Below are positions 47,588 through 59,760 of a stretch of 64,000 nucleotides of DNA, piece after piece. Source of the DNA: Spirochaetia bacterium (GTDB lineage Bacteria > Spirochaetota > Spirochaetia > DSM-16054 > Sediminispirochaetaceae); assembly GCA_034520965.1 (NCBI GenBank), contig JAXHMY010000001.1, positions 832,001 through 896,000 of the forward strand, given 5' to 3'. The position numbers were made by a program, and so were the translations under genes. Positions within the stretch are counted from its first letter, which is position 1. Each line of letters starts with the position of its first letter. The notes below the pieces were generated by a model that saw only the letters and a list, made by a program, of their open reading frames with translations, was not told the DNA's origin and made no database searches.

Positions 47588-49943
47588 CTAACTTAAATCG
47601 TAGCCCAATGTCCTTATCGAGGATTTTGCCTGCTTAAGCACCGATAAAATCTGTTCGTAGTACTGGCCGGCTTGTTCGCCACCCCTCTCTAAGCCTTCAG
47701 GCCCCTCTGTCCCTTCGGATCTTGCGTCCCCCTCTGCAAAAGAGGCCTGGAGCTCTTCCGTCAGAGAAACCAGCCGCTCATAGTGTTCACGAAAGGTGAT
47801 AAAGTTATCGTAACCGGCCAGATCGGACTTTGAAGCTGCCTCTACCCATTGGCTGAGCCAGGTCTTAGTAAGATCCGGTGCCTGCTCGCTGCGATTCTCA
47901 TCGTTTATCCAATTGAGAATCCGGACTATCCATTCCTGCAGGACCAAGGCACCGATGGTAAATTGGGTTTGGGAGCTTCTTTTTTCGGTGTCGACCCGGG
48001 TTCCTGCAGCTCCAACAGTTGAACCGTCCGCCGCAGAAGCAACTGCATCGCCCGGCTCCTCACCGCCTTCGTCATTCTGTTCCACGATTTTGAACTGACG
48101 AATTTCACCGGCTAATTTAGAGGCATTCTCGGTATTACGAATGACTATATCAGTCATATTGCCCTGGGCAAAGTTCACGCTTTGGGTTTTATCAGTAAGC
48201 TCTTTTAAATGACCCATTGTATCCCGGGAAAAAGTACGCAGCGACTGCAGTGTTTTTGAGATATCCCCCACTCCACTGGTCATTTCATCGGAGCCCGACT
48301 GAATTTCATGGGTTACATTCTGCAGGGTAGATACCGCGTTCAGCATCTCTTCGCTGCCAGAGGAAAGCTCGCCGGCGCTGGCGGCTATCTCGCCAAAAGC
48401 CTCCACAAAACTGCGCACCTCACGATCAACATCTTCAAAAGTTCTGCCTGTTTCGGCACTAATTTCGGTTGCCTGCTGTATACGCCCAACGATCTCTTTC
48501 AACCTCCCGGATATTTGCTTGGCGCTTCCGCTGGTTGAAGTAGACAGGTTACGAATCTCGTCCGCCACCACCGCAAAGCCTCGGCCGGCGTCACCGGCAT
48601 GGGCTGCCTCAATGGCCGCGTTCATCGCCAACAGGTTAGTTTGGGCGGCAACCTTATTTATCACCGTAATCATCTCCTGCATATCCTGAATGCTCACCCC
48701 AATTTCCTGAATGATATCGTTGGTTTGGGAAACCTTTTTTCCACCTTCACCGGTTATTTGGGCCAACTCTTCTCCCGCCTGTTGGCGGTCTTCGGTTATC
48801 CGCGCCACCGACTGAATCGATGAGTTCATCTCTTCTATGGCTGCTGAGGTCTCGGTCACCGAAGAAGATTGGTTTTCAATTTGTGTCCCCACACTTTTAA
48901 TGGTGGCATCAATCTGCTCGGCCGCCGAAGAGGCCTCGTTGATGCGGTTATCCAGGCTGTACATCTGGCTGCGCATTGTTCCAAGTTCCTCGGCCATCTG
49001 ATTGGTAAAAATCAGTGTCCCTTCAACCTGATTAGAGATCTCCTCGCTGTTGTCTTGCGAAAAGTGAACCATCTCCTGAATACCGGCTAACATCTGACGC
49101 AGTTTTTCAATCAGGTTAGCATCAAAATCGTGGGACAAATAATTGAACTCACGAATACTGCTTTTTAGCGCCACCCTGCGGGTAAGATCTCCGGTCCCTA
49201 TTTCTTTGATCACCTGTTCCAGACGTTCAATCGGTCCAGCATAGGCACGCCTCATCAAGATCGCCATTAAAATGGCAATTAAAATAAAAGCAAATCCAAG
49301 AAGTATAGTCAGACGACGAATAAAGACAGTGCTTGCTTGATAGTCTTCCATTACCGCCGACACTCCAATTACCCAATCCCACTCCTCAAAATAAGAATAC
49401 ACCGCCAGCTTGTCCTGCAGCGGGGCGCTTTTTGAACATTCTCCAGGGGTATTCCATGACTGCTGTTTCGCCGCTGTCCAGTTGATGAGCCTCTTCAAGC
49501 ATATCTTTTATAAAGTAGCGACCCGAGTCGTCCTGAGCATCGATAATGCTCTCCCCATCCCGCTCGCGCCCTTCTGAAAGCACATAATTCCCGTATTTAT
49601 CCAAAATGAAAACATAGCCATTTTCCCCTACATTCACCTGCTCCAGATATTCCAACAGATTGGCTTGGTACATCTGGGAGAAATACTCCATACTGCCGTT
49701 TCCGGCCATTGACTTCTTCAGAGCCTCGTAATAATCCTGTTCGACCATCAGCGATATAAGCTCGGACTGCTCCTGCAGATTTTGCTTTACATTTTGATCG
49801 AGCTGATTAGCTATCTGTACATACAGTACAGCTCCGGCGATGATCACGGGTAGAATAAATGCGAATATCGAGACAACCAACAGGTGTATTCGCAGGGGTA
49901 ATCCGGTGTGCTTCATTGTGCATCTCCTTACTAATTTGTTCAT
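47588..49943 (-). CDS. Methyl-accepting chemotaxis protein with Cache domain, frameshift near 49440
   Basis: [31 protein letters not shown]; Cache N-terminus in second ORF. Confidence 0.88.
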
Positions 49944-50152
49944 TAATGTGCTAATTTACTCTATCCCTCAAGTTAAACGAACATATTCTATAATCACATA
50001 AATTAAATAATCAAATTTTATCGATTACGCAAAGATAGTACCACTCAGCCCCTTGAAAGGAATAATTCAGACCAGTATAGTATGAACAGTTTACAGTTAA
50101 AACCCCACTAAGGGGTTATACCACAAGATAATATATATATAAGGAGAGCGAT

Positions 50153-50362
50153 GTGTTAGTACAAGGGCTCACGCTCACAGTTATCGGGATGCTGGTAGTA
50201 TTTAGCATACTAATACTGCTTGTATTCACGATGAAACTGCTTTCGGCAGTAGTGTTTCGGTTCTTCCCAGAACCGGAAGTACCCGTTCAAGCTCAGCAGT
50301 CGGCTGGGAATATAGAAATAGCGGTGGCAATCGCTGCCGCGTATGCCAAGAAGAACCAATAG
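50153..50362 (+). CDS. oadG: Oxaloacetate decarboxylase gamma subunit
   Basis: GMLVVF TM helix, VAIAAA; position in operon. Confidence 0.85.
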   Translation: MLVQGLTLTVIGMLVVFSILILLVFTMKLLSAVVFRFFPEPEVPVQAQQSAGNIEIAVAIAAAYAKKNQ

Positions 50363-50376
50363 GGAGTGTGTATAAG

Positions 50377-52180
50377 ATGAAGAAGCGTGTCGATTTTATG
50401 GTAACCGCCTTCCGGGACGGCTTCCAGTCCGTCTACGGGGCACGGGTTTTTACCAAAGACTTTTTACCGGCGGTTGAGGCTGCCGTGGATGCTGGAATAG
50501 ACCATTTTGAAGCCGGCGGCGGCGCCAGGTTTCAATCGCTCTATTTCTATGCGAATGAAGATGCTTTCGATATGATGGATCAGTTTCGTCAGGCCGCCGG
50601 CCCGAATGTAAATCTACAGACCTTGGCACGTGGTGTAAACGTGGTAGGACTCGATTCACAGCCGCGGGATATAATTGATTTGCATGCCAAGATGTTTGGC
50701 AAGCATGGAATAACTACTATTCGTAACTTCGATGCCCTGAACGATGTAAACAACCTGACCTATTCAGGCGAGAGAATCGTTGCCCACGGCCTGAAGCACG
50801 AAATTGTTATTACCATGATGGAACTGCCCCCCGGGGTAACCGGTGCTCATACGCCGGAGTTTTACATTGGGGTATTAAAACAGATTCTTGATGCAGGTAT
50901 TCACTTTGACTCTATCTGTTTTAAGGATGCCTCCGGAACATCCGTGCCGAGTAAGGTATACGAAACCATCAAACAGGCCCGCCAAATCCTGGGCGAAGAC
51001 CGGAGAATTGTATTCCACACCCATGAAACTGCCGGAACCAGCGTCCTGGCCTACAAGGCCGCCCTGGATGCGGGAGTAGACCAGATAGACCTGTCGATGG
51101 CCCCCTGTTCGGGTGGAACCGCACAGCCCGATGTGGTTACCATGTGGCACGCCCTGCGGGGCACCGAATACGACCTGGGAGTAGATATAACCAAGTTGGA
51201 AAAGGCCGAGGAAGTCTTCAAAGACTGCATGAAAGACTACTTTATGCCGCCTGAAGCCAAAGTCGGTCGAGCCCTTCATCCCCTTCTCACCGATGCCCGG
51301 CGGGGCCCTGACTGCCAACACTCAGATGATGCGCGACAACGGTATTCTTGACAGGTACCATGAAGTTGCAAATGCAATGGGAGAGGTTATTCGACGCGGT
51401 GGATACGGTACATCTGTTACCCCGGTCAGCCAGTTCTACTTTCAGCAGGCCTTCAACAATGTAATGATAGGCCCCTGGAAAAAGATTGCCGACGGTTATG
51501 GAAAAATGGTACTCGGTTATTTTGGAAAAACCCCGGTAGAACCGGACCCGGAAATTGTGAAACTGGCCTCCGAACAGCTCGAACGGGAGCCGACTACCGA
51601 AATGGTTGTTGATATCAATGACCGTGACGAGACCAAGGGGATCGAGGCTGCGCGCAAGATGCTGAAGAAGGACAAGCTGGAAGAGACCGACGAGAACCTC
51701 TTCATTGCGGCCACCTGTAAGGAAAAGGGAATCCAATTCCTGAAGGGCGAGGCCCGCAGCAATGTCCGCAAAATCGACCGCAGCAAGCCTGCTGAAGAAG
51801 AGGGAACCGCTGCCGGTGCTTCCGCCTATACTGTCAAAGTCAACGACAAGCCATATAATGTGAAGTTTGAGGATGGAAAGGCCATCGTCAACGGCGCTAG
51901 CTACACCGTCGATGTACAGGCCGCCGACGACAAAGCAAGCGGCACTCCCTCCGGCGGAAGCGGTGAGACTCACAAGGTCAACGCCCCAATGCCCGGACTG
52001 GTACTGCGCCTTGAGAAAAACGTTGGCGATACTGTTCAGGAAGGTGATTTGATTATGGTGCTTGAAGCGATGAAGATGGAGAACGAAATCCATGCACCTG
52101 CCGCCGGTACGATTAGAGAGATCAGTGTAAAACAGGGTGATCAGCTGAAGGCCGGCGAACTTCTAGCGGTTATTTCGTAA
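50377..52180 (+). CDS. oadA: Oxaloacetate decarboxylase alpha subunit, frameshift near 51265
   Basis: RDGFQS, HTH, PGG, VTPVSQ, EAMKM biotin motif. Confidence 0.9.
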
Positions 52181-52190
52181 GGGGTCGTCT

Positions 52191-53348
52191 ATGAGTTTAG
52201 GTGAAGCATTACATAATTTTTGGTTGTCTACCGGCTTGGTGAATTTTGAGCTGGGTCAGGCAATAATGATCATCGTCGGACTGGTTCTGATCTATTTGGC
52301 AATCGTCAAAAAGTTCGAGCCCCTCCTGCTGCTGCCGATTGGTTTCGGCGGTATTCTGGCAAATATACCCTTGGCGGGTATTGCCGGAGCGGAAGGTTTT
52401 ATCGGCATGATCTACGCTGTTGGAATCGGCACCGGTGTATTTCCGCTGCTGATCTTTATGGGCGTTGGAGCAATGACCGACTTTGGTCCGCTTATTGCCA
52501 ACCCCAAGACTGCCCTGCTGGGGGCGGCGGCACAGTTTGGTATTTTTACCACTCTGTTGGGCTCACTTGCACTCGCAGGATTGCCGGGATTCAATTTCAG
52601 CCTGGCCGATGCGGCTGCAATTGGAATTATCGGTGGAGCCGACGGTCCGACTTCGATCTTTGTGGCCAGTCAGCTCTCGCCGCGGTTGCTGGGAGCTATT
52701 GCCGTGGCGGCCTACTCCTATATGGCGCTGGTGCCGATTATCCAGCCGCCGGTTATGCGCCTCTTCACTACCAAAGCAGAGCGTATGATTAAAATGGAGC
52801 AGTTGCGCCACGTAACCAAAACCGAAAAGATTCTCTTTCCCCTGGCGGTTCTTCTTCTGGCTATACTCCTGCTGCCCTCCGCCACTCCGTTAATTGGAAG
52901 CCTGATGTTTGGTAACCTGGTAAAAGAGTGCGGCGTAACCGAGCGACTGTCTCAGGCGGCCCAGCACGAGATGATGAACATAGTAACCATCTTTCTGGGT
53001 CTTTCCGTGGGTTCCAAGCTGCAGGCCGACAAGTTTCTGAATGTAGAGACCCTTGGTATTCTGATACTCGGTCTGGCTGCGTTCGTAGTGGGAACAGCCA
53101 CCGGCCTTCTACTGGCCAAACTGATGAACAAGCTCTCCAGCAAACACCCGATCAATCCGCTTATCGGTGCGGCTGGTGTTTCGGCGGTTCCGATGGCAGC
53201 GCGTGTTGCCAGCAAGGTAGGAAAAGAAGAGAATCCGCAGAACTACCTGCTAATGCATGCAATGGGCCCGAATGTGGCCGGAGTTATCGGCTCGGCTATT
53301 GCCGCCGGCGTTCTACTGTCTATCGTTCCAATAATGATGGGCGGTTGA
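52191..53348 (+). CDS. oadB: Na+-translocating decarboxylase beta subunit
   Basis: [35 protein letters not shown]. Confidence 0.95.
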   Translation: MSLGEALHNFWLSTGLVNFELGQAIMIIVGLVLIYLAIVKKFEPLLLLPIGFGGILANIPLAGIAGAEGFIGMIYAVGIGTGVFPLLIFMGVGAMTDFGPLIANPKTALLGAAAQFGIFTTLLGSLALAGLPGFNFSLADAAAIGIIGGADGPTSIFVASQLSPRLLGAIAVAAYSYMALVPIIQPPVMRLFTTKAERMIKMEQLRHVTKTEKILFPLAVLLLAILLLPSATPLIGSLMFGNLVKECGVTERLSQAAQHEMMNIVTIFLGLSVGSKLQADKFLNVETLGILILGLAAFVVGTATGLLLAKLMNKLSSKHPINPLIGAAGVSAVPMAARVASKVGKEENPQNYLLMHAMGPNVAGVIGSAIAAGVLLSIVPIMMGG

Positions 53349-53385
53349 TCAATCTGCCACTAGCCTACATTCGCTACTATAATAC

Positions 53386-53423
53386 AAAAAAAGAGCTGCC
53401 TTTATTTGGGCAGCTCTTTTTTT
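53386..53423. terminator. Rho-independent (bidirectional-type) terminator
   Basis: A7-GAGCTGCC...GGCAGCTC-T7. Confidence 0.85.
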
Positions 53424-53511
53424 ATGGTAACATTGCCTTTTCTCTCCGAAATATGTACTTTTTTACTGAAACTGATGACTAATTCAGTAGAATAATCCTG
53501 AGGAGAACTTT

Positions 53512-54595
53512 ATGCCCTATAAAATAGCTTTTTTTGATGCAAAGCCTTATGATCAAAAGTTTTTTGACGCAGCGGTCGGGGCCGCAGGGGCCGGCAGCTC
53601 CGCCGGGAGTTCCAGTTCAGCGGAATTCGAATTAAAGTACTTCAACACCCGGCTTAACGCCGACAGTGTTTCTTTAGCTAAGGGCTTCGACAGCGTCTGC
53701 GCCTTTGTCAACGACGATCTCTCGGCGGATGTCATTAGACAACTTAAAGAGATGGGGATCGAAATCGTCGCCCTTCGCAGCGCCGGTTACAATAACGTGG
53801 ACCTCGAAGCGGCTTACGGCAACGTACATATGCTGCGAGTACCAGCCTACTCCCCATATTCGGTGGCCGAACACGCCGTGGCAATGATGCTGTCCCTCAA
53901 CCGGAAGACCCACCGTGCCTATTATCGGACCCGGGACAACAACTTTTCCATAAACGGCTTTCTGGGTTTCGACATGCACGGCAAAACCGTCGGCATAATC
54001 GGTACCGGTCGCATCGGTCTGACCCTTGTAGGGATCTTGCGGGGCTTCGGTATGAAGGTTATTGCCTACGACGCCCCGCCCCAAACCCGGAGTCGAGGAG
54101 CAGTACGGTTTCAGTTATGTGAGTCTGGACGAACTCTACACCCGCTCCGATATTATATCACTACACTGTCCGCTGACCCCCGACACCCATCACATAGTAA
54201 ATGCCGAGTCGATCAAGAAGATGAAAGGCGAGGCAATGATTATCAACACCAGCCGCGGGGCATTAGTAGACACCGGGGCCTTGCTGGATGCTCTGCGAGA
54301 ACAGCGTGTCGGCAGTGCCGGGCTTGATGTGTATGAAGAAGAGGATGATTACTTTTTTGAAGACCTTTCCAACGAGACTATTGAAGACGATAAGCTGGCC
54401 CGTTTGCTCACATACCCGAATGTATTAGTTACCAGCCACCAGGCTTTTTTTACCAAAGAGGCACTTACAAACATTGCGGCTACCACCCTCGATAACTTAC
54501 GGGCCTACTTCAAGGGCGAAGCCCTGGAGAACGAGGTGTGCTACCGATGCAACCAACCGGAGTGCCGTAAAGAACACAACGGCCGCTGTTTCTAA
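53512..54595 (+). CDS. ldhA: D-lactate dehydrogenase, frameshift near 54080
   Basis: RSAGYNNVD, VPAYSPYSVAEH, GTGRIG, INTSRG, LDVYEEE, TSHQAF. Confidence 0.88.
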
Positions 54596-55599
54596 GAGCC
54601 CTCCACGGTGGCTTTATAGCGCTTCAGTAAATCATCGAGCTTGGAGTTCAGATCCTCATTTATGATATCCTCATCAGGATGCTCTTTTAAGCGATGTAGG
54701 GAAGCTTCGATGCCCAGGTGAAACGGAGTGGTGCACCTGAATGCGGGCACCAGCCGTTTTATCTTTGTGTTGTCGAATAAAGCGGTGTGAATCTTGTCGC
54801 CCTTCAAGGGCCCGGTAAACTCCGGGTAACGGTCGCAAATGTAATCGGCGGACATGTGCACAATCTGTGCCGGCCGCCCCAGTTTCATCCCGAGGATGTG
54901 ATGTACCTGGTCCCAGGTAAGCGCCTCGTCGGAGGTAATGTGAAAGGCCTCGCCAAGCGCTGCCGGATTGCCTAACAAGCCTACAAAACCCTTTGCAAAA
55001 TCGCTGTTATGGGTCAGCGTCCAGCGGCTGGTTCCGTCACCCGGCACTATGATAGGTTTTCCATTCAAAATACGATCAACTATAGTGGGGCCGCGATCGA
55101 AGATAGAGGGAATCATTTTCTCGCCATAGGTGTGGGAGGGCCGCACAATGGTAACCGGAAATCCTGACTCCCGCCACGCTTTGGTCAAACGCTCTTCACA
55201 GGCTATTTTGTCGCGGGAATACTGCCAAAAGGGGTTGCCCAGAAGGGTCCCCTCGGTTACATAGGTGCCGGCCGGCGGTTTTGCATAAGCAGAGGCGGAG
55301 CTGATATATACATACTGTGCCACCTTACCGGAAAAAAGATCGATATCCTGAGCCACATGCTCTTCGGTAAAGGCCACCCAGTTAATTACTACATCAAAGC
55401 GATATCCGGCCAGGGCTTTCACCGTCCCCGAGCGGTCACGTATATCTCCTTTGAGCGGGGTCACCCCCTTCGGAAGCTCTTCATTGTGACTGCCGCGGTT
55501 GTACACATATACATCGACTCCACGACTCACCGCCTCTCTGATACAGGCACTGGAAATAGTTCCGGTTCCACCAATAAAAAGTACTTTCATATGACTCAC
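54592..55599 (-). CDS. NAD-dependent epimerase/dehydratase (extended SDR)
   Basis: GGTGTIS, YSRDK, VRPSHTY. Confidence 0.88.
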   Translation of the reverse strand: MSHMKVLFIGGTGTISSACIREAVSRGVDVYVYNRGSHNEELPKGVTPLKGDIRDRSGTVKALAGYRFDVVINWVAFTEEHVAQDIDLFSGKVAQYVYISSASAYAKPPAGTYVTEGTLLGNPFWQYSRDKIACEERLTKAWRESGFPVTIVRPSHTYGEKMIPSIFDRGPTIVDRILNGKPIIVPGDGTSRWTLTHNSDFAKGFVGLLGNPAALGEAFHITSDEALTWDQVHHILGMKLGRPAQIVHMSADYICDRYPEFTGPLKGDKIHTALFDNTKIKRLVPAFRCTTPFHLGIEASLHRLKEHPDEDIINEDLNSKLDDLLKRYKATVEGS

Positions 55600-55666
55600 C
55601 CCTCTAAGACCTTTTTTTTAATCTTACCACGTCTGCGGGTATACTCAAACCGTAGAATTGCTCGTT

Positions 55667-57493
55667 TTATTTCGACTTCATCAACTGTTTTCGATGATAC
55701 ATGCGCTCATCCGCCATGCGTATCAATTCTCGAGGAATCGACTCTACGTCTAACTCCGAGTGGTCGTTCAATTCGCTCAATTCAGAAAACCCTACACTGG
55801 CGGAGACGGGGTAGGTCTCCCCGCCCTCTTCGATTCCCCCTGCAAAGGCTTCTTCGATTTTTGTCCATATTGTTTCAGCACGTGTACGGGTGCAGCCCGG
55901 GAGTATGATTAAAAACTCATCGCCCCCTAAACGTGCCAGTGAATCTGATTCACGAATATGCTGTTTAATTCCGTTTGAAACGGCCTTGATAAGAGTGTCG
56001 CCGACCGCATGACCAAAAGTGTCGTTTACCACCTTAAGCCCATTTACATCGACAAAACCCACCGTAACATTGCTTCCATTAGAAGCACTTTGTGCTATAG
56101 CGCGGTTAAGCACCTCGAGGCCGGATCTTCTCCATCGAGTATTCGTAGAGCCCATCAACCCGGGCCCGATGATTCACTGCTTCCTGCCGTACTTTCTGTT
56201 CGGTTATGTCATCTTTAAACGCAACATAGCTAATCGTATTACCTTGCCGATCTTTCACCGGCGATATGAGTTCCGACTCCCAGTACAGACTGCCGTCTTT
56301 GCGGGAATTGTAAATTTCACCCTTCCACTTTTTCCCGGAGCTAATGGTATTCCACAGGCGGCTATAAAAATCTTTGTCATGATGTCCGGATTTGAGGAGC
56401 GCCGGTGTTCTCCCTATCGCCTCGCTGCTCGAATACCCGGTAAGCCTTTCAAAACTGGGGTTTACATACTCGATCCGCCCTTGGGTATTCGTCATTACTA
56501 CAGTTTCAGGGGACTGTTCTACCGCGGCATACAACTTTCTTAAATCCGTCTTTAGGCTGCTTCGAGTATAGTAGGTAAAAAACAGGGCAGTTGCCGTCAG
56601 AACTATAAGCAGTAAAAAGACAGAAGATTTAATGAAAAACCATCTCTGCTGGGGATACAGAAAAGCGTCCGTTTTAGGATCGGTAATTGATACCAATTTC
56701 CAGCCCATAACTGAAAGGGGCTGCATATACACATTAGAATCTTCCGGCACAATTCCTTCCGAGGAGAGCTGCAAGCCCTCATACTGCCTAGTCTGAGATA
56801 GACGTTCGAGCAGCATTTCTGAGAGGGGATACACCCCTGAGTAAAGCCATTCTTCCCGATTGGTAGCTATTACTACATCGTTTTTGGTAACCAACGCAAA
56901 GGGCAGATTCTGCGCCTGAAGGGTTCGACTTAGCAATAGGCGGGATCCGCCTTTAAGACCAGCACTCCAACTATACCTGTTCCAGAATGAACGGGAGCAC
57001 TAAAATACACCCCTATCTGTCCCGTGGTAACTCCAGAGGCAAAGCCGACATAAGGCGTGCCCTGCATCGCTTCTGTGAAGTAAGGTCGAAACTCATAACT
57101 CTCTCCCACCATCTGGGAAGCTAATTGTCCTGTCCCGATTGAAGCGCGGCAGATGCCGTTGGTGTCAAGCACATACGCAATTTCCGCCTTGGTACTCTTC
57201 TGCGCAATATCCAAAATTTGATTTACAGTAACCATATCACTGGTAAAGGCCTCTGCTATAAACTGCGAATCTGCTAAGCCGGCAAGAAAATCGCTGTATC
57301 TTGTGAAGAACCCCACCTCTAAATCTCGTACGATACTGATTGTTTCGGAACGCTGCCGCTGCACAAGGTTTTCTTGTTTTACTCGATTTATTCCGTTTAT
57401 CTGTAACAGAAGAGACACTGCACCTGCACAGACAAGCAGCAGTGTACCTATAAATAAAGTTCGATGGTTCTTTTTCATTTTTTTAAATTTCAT
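55667..57493 (-). CDS. Cache/PAS diguanylate cyclase, split by frameshifts near 56935 and 56150
   Basis: RPYF Cache motif, PAS, NDTFGH...RLGGDEF. Confidence 0.8.
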
Positions 57494-59629
57494 ATTAGTA
57501 GCTCTATCTCCTCTATAAGCTTTTGTTCCTTGAAGGGTTTGGAGACAAACCCGTCCATTCCAGCTTCACTACACTTGCGACGGTTCTCATCGTCTGCATA
57601 CGCCGTGAGGGCAATTATTTTGCTGTGTGCCCGCTGCTCTGATTCTTCTAACAGACGCACTCTCCGGCACACATCCAAACCGCTGAGTTTAGGCATACTC
57701 ACATCCATCAGTACCAGATCGAAGTATTCTGCCTGCAAAAGCTTCCACGCCTGCTCACCATCTGCGGCCGGAGTAGTGCTCCACCCCTTGCTGCGCAAAA
57801 ACTGCTCCAGATACAAGCGGTTAATACCTTCATCCTCGGCAACGAGAATTTTCAGCTTCCGGTCTAATACCGTACGGTTTTTTACAGAAGACTCTTCATG
57901 TGCAACAGGTAGTGGAGAGGTCTTCTCCACGGCCTCAACCGGAAGGGTTACAGTAAAGGTGGTCCCCCGCCCAACTTGACTCTCAAGCTCGATATTCCCA
58001 TGCAGTAGACTAACTATAGATTTTACGATGGATAAGCCCAGGCCTAGGCCCGACTCAAGATTACCAAGCACTGAATGCATATTCCCATCCACTTGCGTAA
58101 ATGGAGTAAAGACAAGTTCCCGTTTATCTTCAGGTATCCCGCTTCCGGTGTCTTCTACCACAATATACAGTAGCGAGTCGCGAACGGCTAAGCGCACTTC
58201 AACCCATCCGTCAGAGGTGTTTTTAATTCCATTTTCGGACAGATTCAGCACTATCTGTACCAGCCGCTCCCTGTCCGCACGCAGCAGTACCTGATTATCG
58301 ATAATCTCAAACCGAAAGTCCAGTCCCTTATCGGCTGCCGATGTACGCAGGAGCGGTTCTATCCAACTGCCAATTTGTTGCAGGTAAAATTCAGTCGGGT
58401 ACAGCGAAAAACTTCCGGATTCCAGACGGTTTACATCAATTAAATCTGATAACACCCGATGCAGCTGGTTAGAAGAACTGTAGAGCATTTCGAGCATCTT
58501 CTCCTGCTCCGTATCCAGCGGGGTAGTATCCAGGAGTCGAGTCATCCCGATAATACCGTGGAGAGGAGTTCGCAGCTCGTGGCTCACACCGGCTAAAAAC
58601 CGGTCTTTTGCCTCATTTGCACGAGTTAAATTTTCAAGGGCACTGCTCAATTCGGCAGTTTTTTGGTTTACCCGGCGGCGCAAAGAATAGGTCCAGAAAA
58701 AGAACCCCGTAAGTAAAAGCGAAAACAGTAAAAATATTCCCAAAACAACCCTTAGCCAGGGACTTGAGAGCAGGGAGAGAGTGGAAAAGCCCTGGTACAG
58801 TATAGACCCCGAACCAGCGCTCGAATATCTGGTCGTACTCCCCTGAGCTTTTTAGCAAAGATAGGCCTTCATTCATGGTTGCCAGCAACGCGGCATTACC
58901 CTCCTGAACCGCAATACTATACTTCTGCTGAAACAGAGGCTGGGTAATTAGCCGTACACCCCGAATTTCCTGCTGCTGCAGTTGCCGCACCCCCTGCAAC
59001 ATTGAAAGCACCGCACAGTCGGCACGTCCCGATTCCAAGGCCGGCAACAGAGCTTCCCAACTGTCAACTGTGAGAATCTCAGCTCCTATTTCCTGATTAA
59101 GCAGATAATCGTGTCCCACATCCTGCGCCTGCACAAGTATGCGCTTACCTTGAATATCTTCAATAGAAGCAATGGGGGATCCTTCACGCACAAACACTCC
59201 GTAGGACGAGATAAAATGGGGAATTGTAAAGTCCGCCACCTTGTCCCGTTCGGCGGTTTTATACATACCGGCCAGTAAATCTATTTCACCCTGCTCAAGC
59301 TCTTGCCGAACAGTCTCCCATGGCCCCAGGCTTATCTCGATATCCAAATTCATAAGCTCGGCAATACGTCGTAAAATCTCTATATTAAAACCATCCGGCT
59401 CGCCTTGCTCATTGACAAACTCAAAGGGTGGATACCCCCAATCGCCACGGGCCCGCAGGGTTGTTTCTGAGCCGGAACCCAGCTTTTGCGTCTCCAATAA
59501 GGGAACAAATGCGTCCGGTTGCGGTTTCTGCCGAGTGAGCGGCAGCAGAAGCAACAGAGCCGACAACGAAATTACGGCCAGTAGGACCGATAGAAGTACA
59601 CGAGAAGGCTTCACAAATATTCTCTCCAT
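57490..59629 (-). CDS. Hybrid sensor kinase with periplasmic binding domain, frameshift near 58745
   Basis: YPPFEF PBP, SHELRTPL, GLGLSIV, receiver LMDVSMP. Confidence 0.85.
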
Positions 59630-59700
59630 AGCTGCAGATCTTTACTAAATCTTAAAACAATCTGGTCTAAAACGCCATAGGGGTATAGTAAGGATTTATG

Positions 59701-59740
59701 AAAGAAAAAGCCGCCGCTTCGGTGTCCCGAAACGGCGGCT
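59701..59740 (-). terminator. Rho-independent terminator of pckG
   Basis: AGCCGCCG...CGGCGGCT followed by U-tract on minus strand. Confidence 0.75.
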
Positions 59741-59760
59741 ATAATGTATAGAAAAGGGTT